From contig DATJWB010000117.1 in NCBI GenBank assembly GCA_035501495.1, forward strand, positions 33,955 through 57,954: a DNA stretch of 24,000 bases, in the 5' to 3' direction. A model generated the notes under the pieces. It was not told where the DNA came from. It saw nothing but the letters and a program-made list of their open reading frames with translations, and did not search any database. Of the stretch, positions 1 to 7,200 are shown piece by piece (the first letter of the stretch is position 1; the number at the start of each line of letters is the position of its first letter). The position numbers and the translations under genes are program-made. This DNA comes from Bryobacteraceae bacterium. GTDB lineage: Bacteria > Acidobacteriota > Terriglobia > Bryobacterales > Bryobacteraceae.

Positions 1-347
1 GCAATCGCTCCCGGAACACCCGAGTCTCTTGGGGTAAATCGGACCTCTCCCCCAAACGCGCGAATCATCAGGACACGCTCGTTGCTGACCCCCTCCGGCA
101 TCACCGCGATGAATCGGAGTTGACGCAGCGCGCAAGCCAACGCGAAGGCGATGCTCGTGGACCCGCTGGACGCCTCGATCACCGTGTCGCCGGCTTGGAT
201 CCGGCTCTCGGCAAATGCCTTTTCGAGGATGAAGCGCGCAATCCGATCCTTCGTCGATCCGCTGGGATTGAGATATTCCAGCTTGCACCAGACCACCGGG
301 CCGGTTTCATCGAGCTGGATCGCTGCAAGCGGAGTCGGTTGAATCAA
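1..347 (-). CDS. PLP-dependent cysteine synthase / cystathionine beta-synthase family enzyme (fold-type II); 5' part only, gene runs off the left edge
   Basis: Not in the ORF track because no stop lies in the window. Manual reverse translation from TTG (347-345) gives LIQPTPLAAIQLDETGPVVWCKLEYLNPSGSTKDRIARFILEKAFAESRIQAGDTVIEASSGSTSIAFALACALRQLRFIAVMPEGVSNERVLMIRAFGGEV. NPSGSTKDR fits the PLP-lysine motif of CysK/CysM/CBS. GGGAG lies 7 nt upstream of the TTG and the TTG is 18 nt after the hpnD stop. Start codon choice is uncertain. Confidence 0.75.
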   Translation of the reverse strand, partial: MIQPTPLAAIQLDETGPVVWCKLEYLNPSGSTKDRIARFILEKAFAESRIQAGDTVIEASSGSTSIAFALACALRQLRFIAVMPEGVSNERVLMIRAFGGEVRFTPRDSGVPGAI

Positions 348-365
348 AGACTTGCTCCCGCGGCC

Positions 366-1205
366 TCACGGCACCAGTGCCCGCATCACGATCCAGGACT
401 TCTCGAGCGGAGTCAGCCGCACACGATGCGTGAAGACGTCGTAGTTGGACCGTTCGATGCGATCGAGCAGCCCCGAGTAAATCGATACCAGCGCCAACAA
501 CGATGGCCTGCTCCGCGGATGGATCAGGTCGAGCAACGGCGCGGATTCGTTGTAATAGGCGCGCGCCCGCGCCGCCTCGAAGCGCATCAATTCCAGAAAC
601 GCCTCGCTGCGATTGCCGGCTGCCAGATCCTGCTCGGTGACATGGAAGCGCTCCAGGTCTTCGACCGGCAGGTACACGCGGCCGTTGCCGGAGTCCTCGC
701 GAATGTCCCGCAGGATGTTCGTCAACTGGAATGCGACCCCGCACTTCTCCGCCAACGGCAGGGCGCTGCGCGTATCGAAGCCGAAAATGTGGATGACGGT
801 CAGCCCCACCACGGAGGCCACCTGGTAACAGTAGCGATACAGTTCGGGAAACGTCTGGAAGCGGCGTGGCTCCAGGTCCGACGCCACGCCGTCGATCATC
901 TCGCGGAAATACTCGTGTGGGATGCCGAATCGCCGCACCGTGTGATGGAATGCGGGCCACACGGGATGGCCGCTGAACCGGCCCTCCAGCGCGTCTTCGG
1001 TTTCCGCGCGCCACCGCTCGATGGCCGCCCGGGTCGCGCCGGGCTCATCGCTCAAATCGTCGCAGTATCGCATGAACGCGTAGATCGCGCACATCGCCTT
1101 GCGTTGTTGCGGCGAGAGCAGCAGGAACGAATAGTAGAAATTCTTGGCCCGGGTGCGCGCCACCCGCCGGCAGTATTCGTACGACGTGTGAATCGCGCTC
1201 TTCAT
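366..1205 (-). CDS. hpnD: Presqualene diphosphate synthase HpnD (squalene/phytoene synthase family)
   Basis: C-terminal 279 codons of track ORF 366..1688. The ATG at 1205-1203 gives MKSAIHTSYEYCRRVARTRAKNFYYSF. Asp-rich motifs are YCDDLSD and QLTNILRDIREDSGNGRVYLP. The start overlaps the hpnC stop by 4 nt (ATGA). The upstream 161 codons of the track ORF are Arg/Ala/Gly-rich and overlap hpnC, so they are rejected. Confidence 0.9.
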   Translation of the reverse strand: MKSAIHTSYEYCRRVARTRAKNFYYSFLLLSPQQRKAMCAIYAFMRYCDDLSDEPGATRAAIERWRAETEDALEGRFSGHPVWPAFHHTVRRFGIPHEYFREMIDGVASDLEPRRFQTFPELYRYCYQVASVVGLTVIHIFGFDTRSALPLAEKCGVAFQLTNILRDIREDSGNGRVYLPVEDLERFHVTEQDLAAGNRSEAFLELMRFEAARARAYYNESAPLLDLIHPRSRPSLLALVSIYSGLLDRIERSNYDVFTHRVRLTPLEKSWIVMRALVP

Positions 1206-2119
1206 GCCGCGCGCTGGAATGCCAGGCGCGCCAGCGAGCCCAGCAGCAGCCGGACGCGCTCGGCCTTGGAAATCGCCGGACGGGAGCGCAGCACGTCGTA
1301 GCCGTGCTGTTCGATCTTGTGGAGGACGTGCAGGCCGCCCCGGCTGAACAGGTCGAGATCGAGCGCCAGCCGCCGGTTCACCATCCCGATGAGCGGCAGG
1401 CCCTCCAGAAAAAGCCCACGGGCCTTCCCGACAATTTCGCGCATCACCTCGCGAAACGCCGCTGTGAATCGATGCGCGAAAAGTTCCTCCAGGGTATAAC
1501 CGTGCCGCCTCATCACATCCAGCGGAATATACACCCGATCCTTGAGCAAGTCTACGGTCACGTCCTGCCAGAAGTTGGCCAGTTGCAGCGCCGTGCAGGT
1601 GGCATCCGACAGCCGCTGCCGCCCCTCGTCCGAGTAGCCGCAGAGATACAGCACCAGCCGGCCGACGGGATTTGCCGAGTTGCGGCAATACCCGAACAAC
1701 TCATCCCAGTTCGCGTAGCGCGTGACCGTCTGATCCTGAACGAACGCATCGATCAGGTCGGCGAAAGGCTGCCGCGGGATCCCGTATTGCTTCACGGTGG
1801 GGCCGAGCGCCACCAGGACCGGATGAGTCGCGCGGCCCGCGTACATCTCGTCGAGCTCGCTGCGCCACCACCCCAGCAGCCGCAGACTCTCGTCGCAGTT
1901 CCCGGTCTCGTCGCCCAGGTCATCCGCCCAGCGGCAATACGAATAGACGTTGTAGAAATCCTGATGCAGCCGCTTGGGGAGCAGGAAGCTCGCCACGTGA
2001 AAGTTCTCGTAGTGATGGGTCGCCAGCCAGCGCGTGTAAGCCTGCGCCTCCGCCAGCGAATAGGCCTGACGCATGGCCTCGGGCGAACGCACGAACTCGA
2101 CTGGAGGAAGAGGCATCAT
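1202..2119 (-). CDS. hpnC: Hydroxysqualene synthase HpnC (squalene/phytoene synthase family)
   Basis: 305-aa ORF with HYENFHVASFLLPKRL, YCRWADDLGDE and LQLANFWQDVTVDLLKDRVYIPLD, the pattern I associate with HpnC. It sits immediately upstream of and overlaps hpnD. Confidence 0.9.
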   Translation of the reverse strand: MMPLPPVEFVRSPEAMRQAYSLAEAQAYTRWLATHHYENFHVASFLLPKRLHQDFYNVYSYCRWADDLGDETGNCDESLRLLGWWRSELDEMYAGRATHPVLVALGPTVKQYGIPRQPFADLIDAFVQDQTVTRYANWDELFGYCRNSANPVGRLVLYLCGYSDEGRQRLSDATCTALQLANFWQDVTVDLLKDRVYIPLDVMRRHGYTLEELFAHRFTAAFREVMREIVGKARGLFLEGLPLIGMVNRRLALDLDLFSRGGLHVLHKIEQHGYDVLRSRPAISKAERVRLLLGSLARLAFQRAA

Positions 2120-2142
2120 GTGGGCAAGCCAGGCTTACCCTG

Positions 2143-3171
2143 TTACGGAACGATCGCGGTCTTCAGGTGCCCGTTGTGGCTCATCAGGTGGCGCATCACT
2201 TCCAGGAGATTGGCCAGCGGCTCCTCGCTGTTGACGAAGAACGATGCGGTGATCTGCCCCGCATAAACCAAATCCAGCGCCTTCTGCACGTATGCCGGCG
2301 TGTGGTGGAAACTCGCTTTGCACGTAATCTCGGAATAGTGCAGCAGGGCGGTGTCGAGGTTCACGGTGCTCTCGTTCGGGCAGCCGCCAAAGAAGTTCAC
2401 CGTTCCGCCGCGCCGCACCATGTTGACCGCCCACTCCCACGTCTGCGGCTGTCCCACGGCTTCGATGGCGATATCCACACCTCGACCGTGTGTGAGATCG
2501 CGGATGGCTTTGACCGGATCCGAGCCGTCGGTGGCTACGACTAACTCGTCGGCGCCGAGCGCTTCGGCGCGCTCCAGTTGCGTCCTGCGGCGGCCCACCG
2601 CAATCACACGGCATCCATAGAGCTTCGCGAGCTTGGCGAACATCAGGCCGATGGGGCCCAGCCCGATGATTGCGATGGTGTCGCCGGGCCGCGGCGCCGC
2701 TTCGTCAAAACCGCGGACCACGCAGGCCAGCGGCTCCGCCAACGCCGCGTCGCGATAGCCGATGTGGTCCGGAATCAGGTAGGTATTGCTCTCCACGATG
2801 CGCGCGGGAATGCGGATGTATTCGGCGTAGGCGCCGTTGTTGAACAACAGGTCCTCGCAGAGATTTTCGAGACCGCGCCGGCAGAAAAAGCACTTTTCGC
2901 ACGGAGCGGAATTGGCTGCTACCACACGTTGTCCTACGGAGAACCTGGTGACACCCCCGCCAACAGCCACCACATCTCCCGCCAACTCGTGGCCGAAAAC
3001 GGCTGGGGGCACGATCATGCGCGCATGATATCCGCGCCGGAAAACCTTGACGTCCGTGCCGCACGTCAGCGCCACTTTTACCCTGACAAGAATGTCGCCG
3101 CGATCGATTGCAGGAACGGCTACGGGCTCTACCTGCAAGTGTTCTTTGCCGTAAAGCACGGCCGCCATCAT
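2143..3171 (-). CDS. MDR-superfamily zinc-dependent dehydrogenase, polyol/sorbitol/threonine-dehydrogenase-like (copy 2 of a tandem pair)
   Basis: Catalytic-site region is LTCGTD plus FGHELAG. Structural zinc motif is C-x2-C-x2-C-x7-C (APCEKCFFCRRGLENLC). Rossmann motif is IIGLGPIGL. Start placed at ATG 3171 (MMAAVLYG), 11 nt after the upstream stop; the track start 3192 is a GTG that would overlap the upstream gene. Confidence 0.85.
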   Translation of the reverse strand: MMAAVLYGKEHLQVEPVAVPAIDRGDILVRVKVALTCGTDVKVFRRGYHARMIVPPAVFGHELAGDVVAVGGGVTRFSVGQRVVAANSAPCEKCFFCRRGLENLCEDLLFNNGAYAEYIRIPARIVESNTYLIPDHIGYRDAALAEPLACVVRGFDEAAPRPGDTIAIIGLGPIGLMFAKLAKLYGCRVIAVGRRRTQLERAEALGADELVVATDGSDPVKAIRDLTHGRGVDIAIEAVGQPQTWEWAVNMVRRGGTVNFFGGCPNESTVNLDTALLHYSEITCKASFHHTPAYVQKALDLVYAGQITASFFVNSEEPLANLLEVMRHLMSHNGHLKTAIVP

Positions 3172-3182
3172 GCGGTTATTCA

Positions 3183-4238
3183 CTATGACCACCTCTGTGG
3201 TTGAACGATTATTTTCAGCGATTTAGGTCCTGGATGCAAGGCCATATCGAAACCTGAACGGATTTTAACCAGGGGCAGACGATGCGAAATTAACTCCTCG
3301 AGCGGCAATTCTCCGCCAAATACGAGATCCGCGGATTCCTGTTGAAGATCTACTGATGCACTATAACATCCGAAGAGAGTTCGCTCACCCACACAGATGT
3401 CCGCACCGGACGTTTCGATGCGCTCGGTTGCCGAAGTCTGTGCAAAAAGCAGGATGCGGGAACCGGGTCGCGAGCATGCGATCGCCTGATCGACAATCCG
3501 CGGTACGGAAGCCGCCACGATGACCAGGTCCGCGCCCCGGCCGTTAGTAAGCGACTTCACTTGTGAGGCAACGTCCACCGCTCGCGGGTCCCAGGTGAAC
3601 TTCGCCCCGCACCGCGCCGATACTGCCAATCGCTCGGCAATCGTATCGGTAACCGCGACCTGCGCGCCGGAGCGGCGCACCAGCATCGTGAACATCAATC
3701 CGATGGGGCCTTGCCCCGTCACCACCACGAAATCCTCGGGCTGTGGATCGCATTGCACCACCGCTTTCAAACAGGTGTTCAGCGGCTCCACGAGAGTGGC
3801 TCGATCGAACGATATGCCTTCGGGTATCCTTTCGACACCCCGATCGACAATCCAGTCCATCACCCGAACATACTGCGCAAATCCTCCGCCCGCGGGCTCA
3901 AAACCGGCGGTGATCCCCACCTTCTTGTACTGCGGGCACTGTGCATAGGTCTTGCGGTGACAATAGAAACACTCCATACACGGAATGTGGTGGAAAGCCA
4001 CAACGCGGTCGCCGGGTCGAAACTTCACCACGCCCGCGCCCGCCGCAACCACGACTCCCGCGGTCTCGTGCCCATAGACACGGGGCGGCGCCAACAGGTT
4101 ATGCTCAATCTTCTTAAGATCGGTGTGGCAGATGCCGCAGGCTTCCACCCGGATTAGAATTTCGCCGCGCTGAATTGCAGGAGTGGGGATCTCCTCGACA
4201 TTCACCACACTCTGCCCGCGATACACCGCTGCGTGCAT
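3183..4238 (-). CDS. MDR-superfamily zinc-dependent dehydrogenase, polyol/sorbitol/threonine-dehydrogenase-like (copy 1 of a tandem pair)
   Basis: Catalytic-site region is EACGICHTD plus YGHETAG. Structural zinc motif is IPCMECFYCHRKTYAQC (C-x2-C-x2-C-x7-C). Rossmann motif is VTGQGPIGL. Start placed at ATG 4238 (MHAAVYRG), 22 nt after the hpnG stop; the track start 4280 is a TTG overlapping hpnG. Confidence 0.85.
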   Translation of the reverse strand: MHAAVYRGQSVVNVEEIPTPAIQRGEILIRVEACGICHTDLKKIEHNLLAPPRVYGHETAGVVVAAGAGVVKFRPGDRVVAFHHIPCMECFYCHRKTYAQCPQYKKVGITAGFEPAGGGFAQYVRVMDWIVDRGVERIPEGISFDRATLVEPLNTCLKAVVQCDPQPEDFVVVTGQGPIGLMFTMLVRRSGAQVAVTDTIAERLAVSARCGAKFTWDPRAVDVASQVKSLTNGRGADLVIVAASVPRIVDQAIACSRPGSRILLFAQTSATERIETSGADICVGERTLFGCYSASVDLQQESADLVFGGELPLEELISHRLPLVKIRSGFDMALHPGPKSLKIIVQPQRWS

Positions 4239-4260
4239 GGTCGCGGGAATGGTCCGCAAG

Positions 4261-4965
4261 TCAGAATCGGCAGTCAGCAAAGAACTCTCCCAGTGAATGC
4301 GCAGCCCGGATACAGCGTTGCCGCAACCGGAGTAACTCCGGAAGGCGGACCGTCGGACGAGTCAAACTTCTACGTAAGATAAGCATTGTATCGAAGTGTC
4401 CGTCCGGCCGGAGAGCAGAATTGAAGTCATTCGCCATAGTTTCGCCTGCCAGATCCGTGACAGCTTTAACACAATAGAACGGTAACCCCAAGGACTGTGT
4501 CCGGCCGGCAACCCCGGCGGCCTCCATTTCCACCACACAGGCGCCCGTGGACCGAAGGCGCCGCTTCTCCTCGAAGGTCTGCGCGATGCGGTCGAGTGAG
4601 CAGACCACGCCGCGCCGCCGTACCGGCCCGTCAACTGGCTGGCATGCGAACGCCGCCTGTGCCGCTTGCCCCACCGTTTTCGCTACTGAGGTGCCCACCA
4701 CGATGTCACCGCTCTCCAGGTCGCCCTCGAGCGCCCCGCAGAAGCCCAGACTGACAACCGCATGGGGGCGAAAATCCGCCGCCGCGTCTACCGCCGCCGC
4801 CGCCCGCTTCCAACCCACCCCGTTGGCAGTCAGCAGGACGTCATGCCCGCCCAGCCTCGCCGAACGCGTCCAATCCGTGGTCGAAGACTCTCGACGCGCT
4901 TGTAGCGTGCTTGCCAGAATGCCGGTGAATTCCATGCGGTCGGACGCCACGAATAAGATCCTCAT
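4261..4965 (-). CDS. hpnG: Hopanoid-associated phosphorylase/nucleosidase HpnG (PNP_UDP family)
   Basis: MRILFVASDRMEF..., SLGFCGAL, GDIVVG and VVEMEAAGVA are MTA/SAH-nucleosidase-like motifs. The gene sits directly after hpnA with a TAATG stop/start overlap (4967-4963). The track ORF start at 5019 would lie inside hpnA. Confidence 0.8.
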   Translation of the reverse strand: MRILFVASDRMEFTGILASTLQARRESSTTDWTRSARLGGHDVLLTANGVGWKRAAAAVDAAADFRPHAVVSLGFCGALEGDLESGDIVVGTSVAKTVGQAAQAAFACQPVDGPVRRRGVVCSLDRIAQTFEEKRRLRSTGACVVEMEAAGVAGRTQSLGLPFYCVKAVTDLAGETMANDFNSALRPDGHFDTMLILRRSLTRPTVRLPELLRLRQRCIRAAHSLGEFFADCRF

Positions 4966-5966
4966 TACGCCGCGGTCGGGCGCGCCGTGCGGTGGTCTGC
5001 CCCGCGGGCGCGAAACCAATCGACGGCGCGACGGAGGGCCGTTTCGGCGGGTCCGGGATGGAAACCCAGCTCGCGCCCCGCCTTCTCATGCGTCACCCAC
5101 ATCTTCTTCCGCGCCATGCGCACGCCGTTCAGCGGGACGCGCGGCGGCACGCCCGTGACCGACGCCCATGCCGTGCTGCAGGCGCCGGCACACAACGCCA
5201 CCGCGTACGGGAGCCGGATTGCCGGCGCCTTGCGCCCGGTGATCTGAGCCAGCTTCTGCAGAATCTGCGCGAGCGTCAGGTTCTCCGATCCGAGAATGTA
5301 GCGCTCCCCGATCCGCCCGCGCTCGCATGCCTGCCAGTGACCCTCGGCCGTGTCGCGTACATCTACCACGTTGAGACCGGTATCGATGAACGCCGGCATG
5401 TCGCCATTCAGGAAATCCACGACAATCTTGCCTGTGGGCGTGGGTTTCACATCGTGATCGCCGATGGGAGCAGTCGGGTTGACAATTACGACCGGCAGTC
5501 CGTCGCGCGCGTATTCCAACGCCACGGCTTCGGCCATAAATTTGGAGCGCTTGTAGTCGCCCACCATGTCGGCGAGGGAAACGGGTGTCTCTTCGTCGCC
5601 GAGGCCATCATGCGGAATCCCGATGCACCCCACGGTGCTGGTGTAGACGACGCGCTCCACGCCCGCGGTGTGGGCGGCTTCGAGCAGATTGTGCGTGCCA
5701 TCGACATTGCACTCGTAAAGGTCGCGCGGCTCTTTGGCCCAAAGCCGGTAGTCCGCGGCCACATGGAAGATGAGTCCGCACCCCGAGACAGCACGTTCCA
5801 CCGAAGCGGCATCCCGAAGATCGCCAGTCACAATCTCGACATCGAGATCATTGACGCGGCTGCCCGCCCGCACCAGCACCCGCACGGGAAAGCCCCGTTC
5901 GCGGAGCACGCGCGCGACATGCCATCCCAGAAAGCCCGAAGCTCCGGTAACGAGGGCGGGCTTCAT
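4965..5966 (-). CDS. hpnA: Hopanoid-associated NAD-dependent epimerase/dehydratase-family SDR HpnA
   Basis: N-terminus is MKPALVTGASGFLG (GxxGxxG). DYKRSK provides the YxxxK motif. Size and position between hpnH and hpnG match the hpnA context. Confidence 0.85.
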   Translation of the reverse strand: MKPALVTGASGFLGWHVARVLRERGFPVRVLVRAGSRVNDLDVEIVTGDLRDAASVERAVSGCGLIFHVAADYRLWAKEPRDLYECNVDGTHNLLEAAHTAGVERVVYTSTVGCIGIPHDGLGDEETPVSLADMVGDYKRSKFMAEAVALEYARDGLPVVIVNPTAPIGDHDVKPTPTGKIVVDFLNGDMPAFIDTGLNVVDVRDTAEGHWQACERGRIGERYILGSENLTLAQILQKLAQITGRKAPAIRLPYAVALCAGACSTAWASVTGVPPRVPLNGVRMARKKMWVTHEKAGRELGFHPGPAETALRRAVDWFRARGADHRTARPTAA

Positions 5967-5968
5967 AC

Positions 5969-6089
5969 CGATGTGGCGCAGGCACTCCTGCCTGCCGCGC
6001 CGAGACTCATCTCGGCGCTTTCGGTGGGCGGCGCGAAAAGTCTCGACACGAGTGTCAAGACGGCAGACACGAGTGTCCGCGCCACATCG
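5969..6089. repeat. 121-nt structured intergenic element bounded by an 11-bp perfect terminal inverted repeat; fills the hpnH-hpnA spacer
   Basis: cgatgtggcgc (5969-5979) is the exact reverse complement of gcgccacatcg (6079-6089). Inside there is a 9-bp GC stem (5997-6005 pairs with 6010-6018, loop ctca). There are also two identical 12-mers, gacacgagtgtc (6045-6056 and 6066-6077), that can pair with each other as 5+5 bp around a 2x2 mismatch. Confidence 0.6.
6045..6077. promoter_or_regulatory. Two identical 12-bp near-palindromes GACAC-GA-GTGTC spaced 21 bp start to start; candidate dimeric regulator operator pair or RNA stem
   Basis: Both copies were read directly. On the transcribed (minus) strand the downstream copy reads TTGACACTCGTGTC, so it overlaps a perfect TTGACA hexamer. 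No matching -10 hexamer was found. Confidence 0.3.
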
Positions 6090-6090
6090 C

Positions 6091-7197
6091 TTACCTTAAA
6101 GTCCATGCCAGCATCTTCAGATTGTCGGCCAGCCCTACATTAATACCCAGCGCGGCCGACGGCTCGAAGCCACAATGCACCATGCAGTGCTCGCAGCGCG
6201 GATCGTTGCCCTGTCCGTAGCTCTCCCACGGCGTCTCGGTCATCAGCCCTTCAAAGGTCTTGTAGTGGCCGTCGGTAATCAGGTAGCACGGGCCCTTCCA
6301 TCCCTTCACGTTGTAGGTCGGATTGCCCCATGCCGTGCACGGCATGTCGTGCTTGCCCTTCAGGAACTCGAGATAGACCGGCGTCTGGCGGATCGGATAC
6401 TTCTTCGCCAGCCGGTCGATGTCCTTGAACTTTTCGTGGATGTCGTCGCGAGTCAGAAAAATCTCGCGATCGTTGACCGCCGAGTATCCGTACGCCGGCG
6501 CGATCTGGTGGCCGTCCACGCCCAGCGTCCCCAGGTACTCAAAAAGCTCCTCCACCTCGCGCATGTCGGTCTCTTTGTAGACGGTGGTGTTCGTGCACAC
6601 CAGAAATCCGGCTGCCTTCGCCCGCTTGATCCCTTCGATGGCCTCGCGGAAGACGCCTTCCTTTTCCACCGCGATGTCGTGGTTCTTCTCCATGCCATCC
6701 AGGTGCACGTTGAAGTAGAAGCGCTTGTCGGGAGTAAATTCGCGCAGACGCTTCTGGATGAACATGCCGTTCGTGCAGAGGTAGATGTGGCGGTTGCGCT
6801 CCAGAATCCCCTCCACCAGCTCGCCGATCTGCGGGTACATCATCGGCTCGCCGCCGCAGATCGAAACTACCGGAGCGCCGCACTCGTCCACCGCTGCCAG
6901 GCATTCCTCCAGAGGAACGCGCTCCGTAATCGTGGACTCGTACTCGCGGATTCGACCGCATCCGGTACAGGTCAGATTGCAGGCATGCAGCGGTTCCAGC
7001 ATGAGGACGATCGGAAACCGCTTGTTGATCATGGGATGAGGCTGGCGCTTTTCCCCGGTCTTCGGCGGCAGGATCCGAAACGGATTGGAAGGATCCGCCG
7101 CGCGCACCGCGTTCTTCTGCCACTCAGGCCGCGGCCGCATCTTGTTCCTGATAATGTATCCGGCCAGTTCAGCGGTCATCGACAGGGGAAATTTCAT
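6091..7197 (-). CDS. hpnH: Adenosylhopane synthase HpnH (radical SAM)
   Basis: FPIVLMLEPLHACNLTCTGCGRI carries the CxxxCxxC radical-SAM motif in the HpnH-type context. The C-terminal Cys-rich region is CEHCMVHCGFEP. The start is 3 nt after the shc stop. Confidence 0.95.
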   Translation of the reverse strand: MKFPLSMTAELAGYIIRNKMRPRPEWQKNAVRAADPSNPFRILPPKTGEKRQPHPMINKRFPIVLMLEPLHACNLTCTGCGRIREYESTITERVPLEECLAAVDECGAPVVSICGGEPMMYPQIGELVEGILERNRHIYLCTNGMFIQKRLREFTPDKRFYFNVHLDGMEKNHDIAVEKEGVFREAIEGIKRAKAAGFLVCTNTTVYKETDMREVEELFEYLGTLGVDGHQIAPAYGYSAVNDREIFLTRDDIHEKFKDIDRLAKKYPIRQTPVYLEFLKGKHDMPCTAWGNPTYNVKGWKGPCYLITDGHYKTFEGLMTETPWESYGQGNDPRCEHCMVHCGFEPSAALGINVGLADNLKMLAWTLR

Positions 7198-7200
7198 AAG

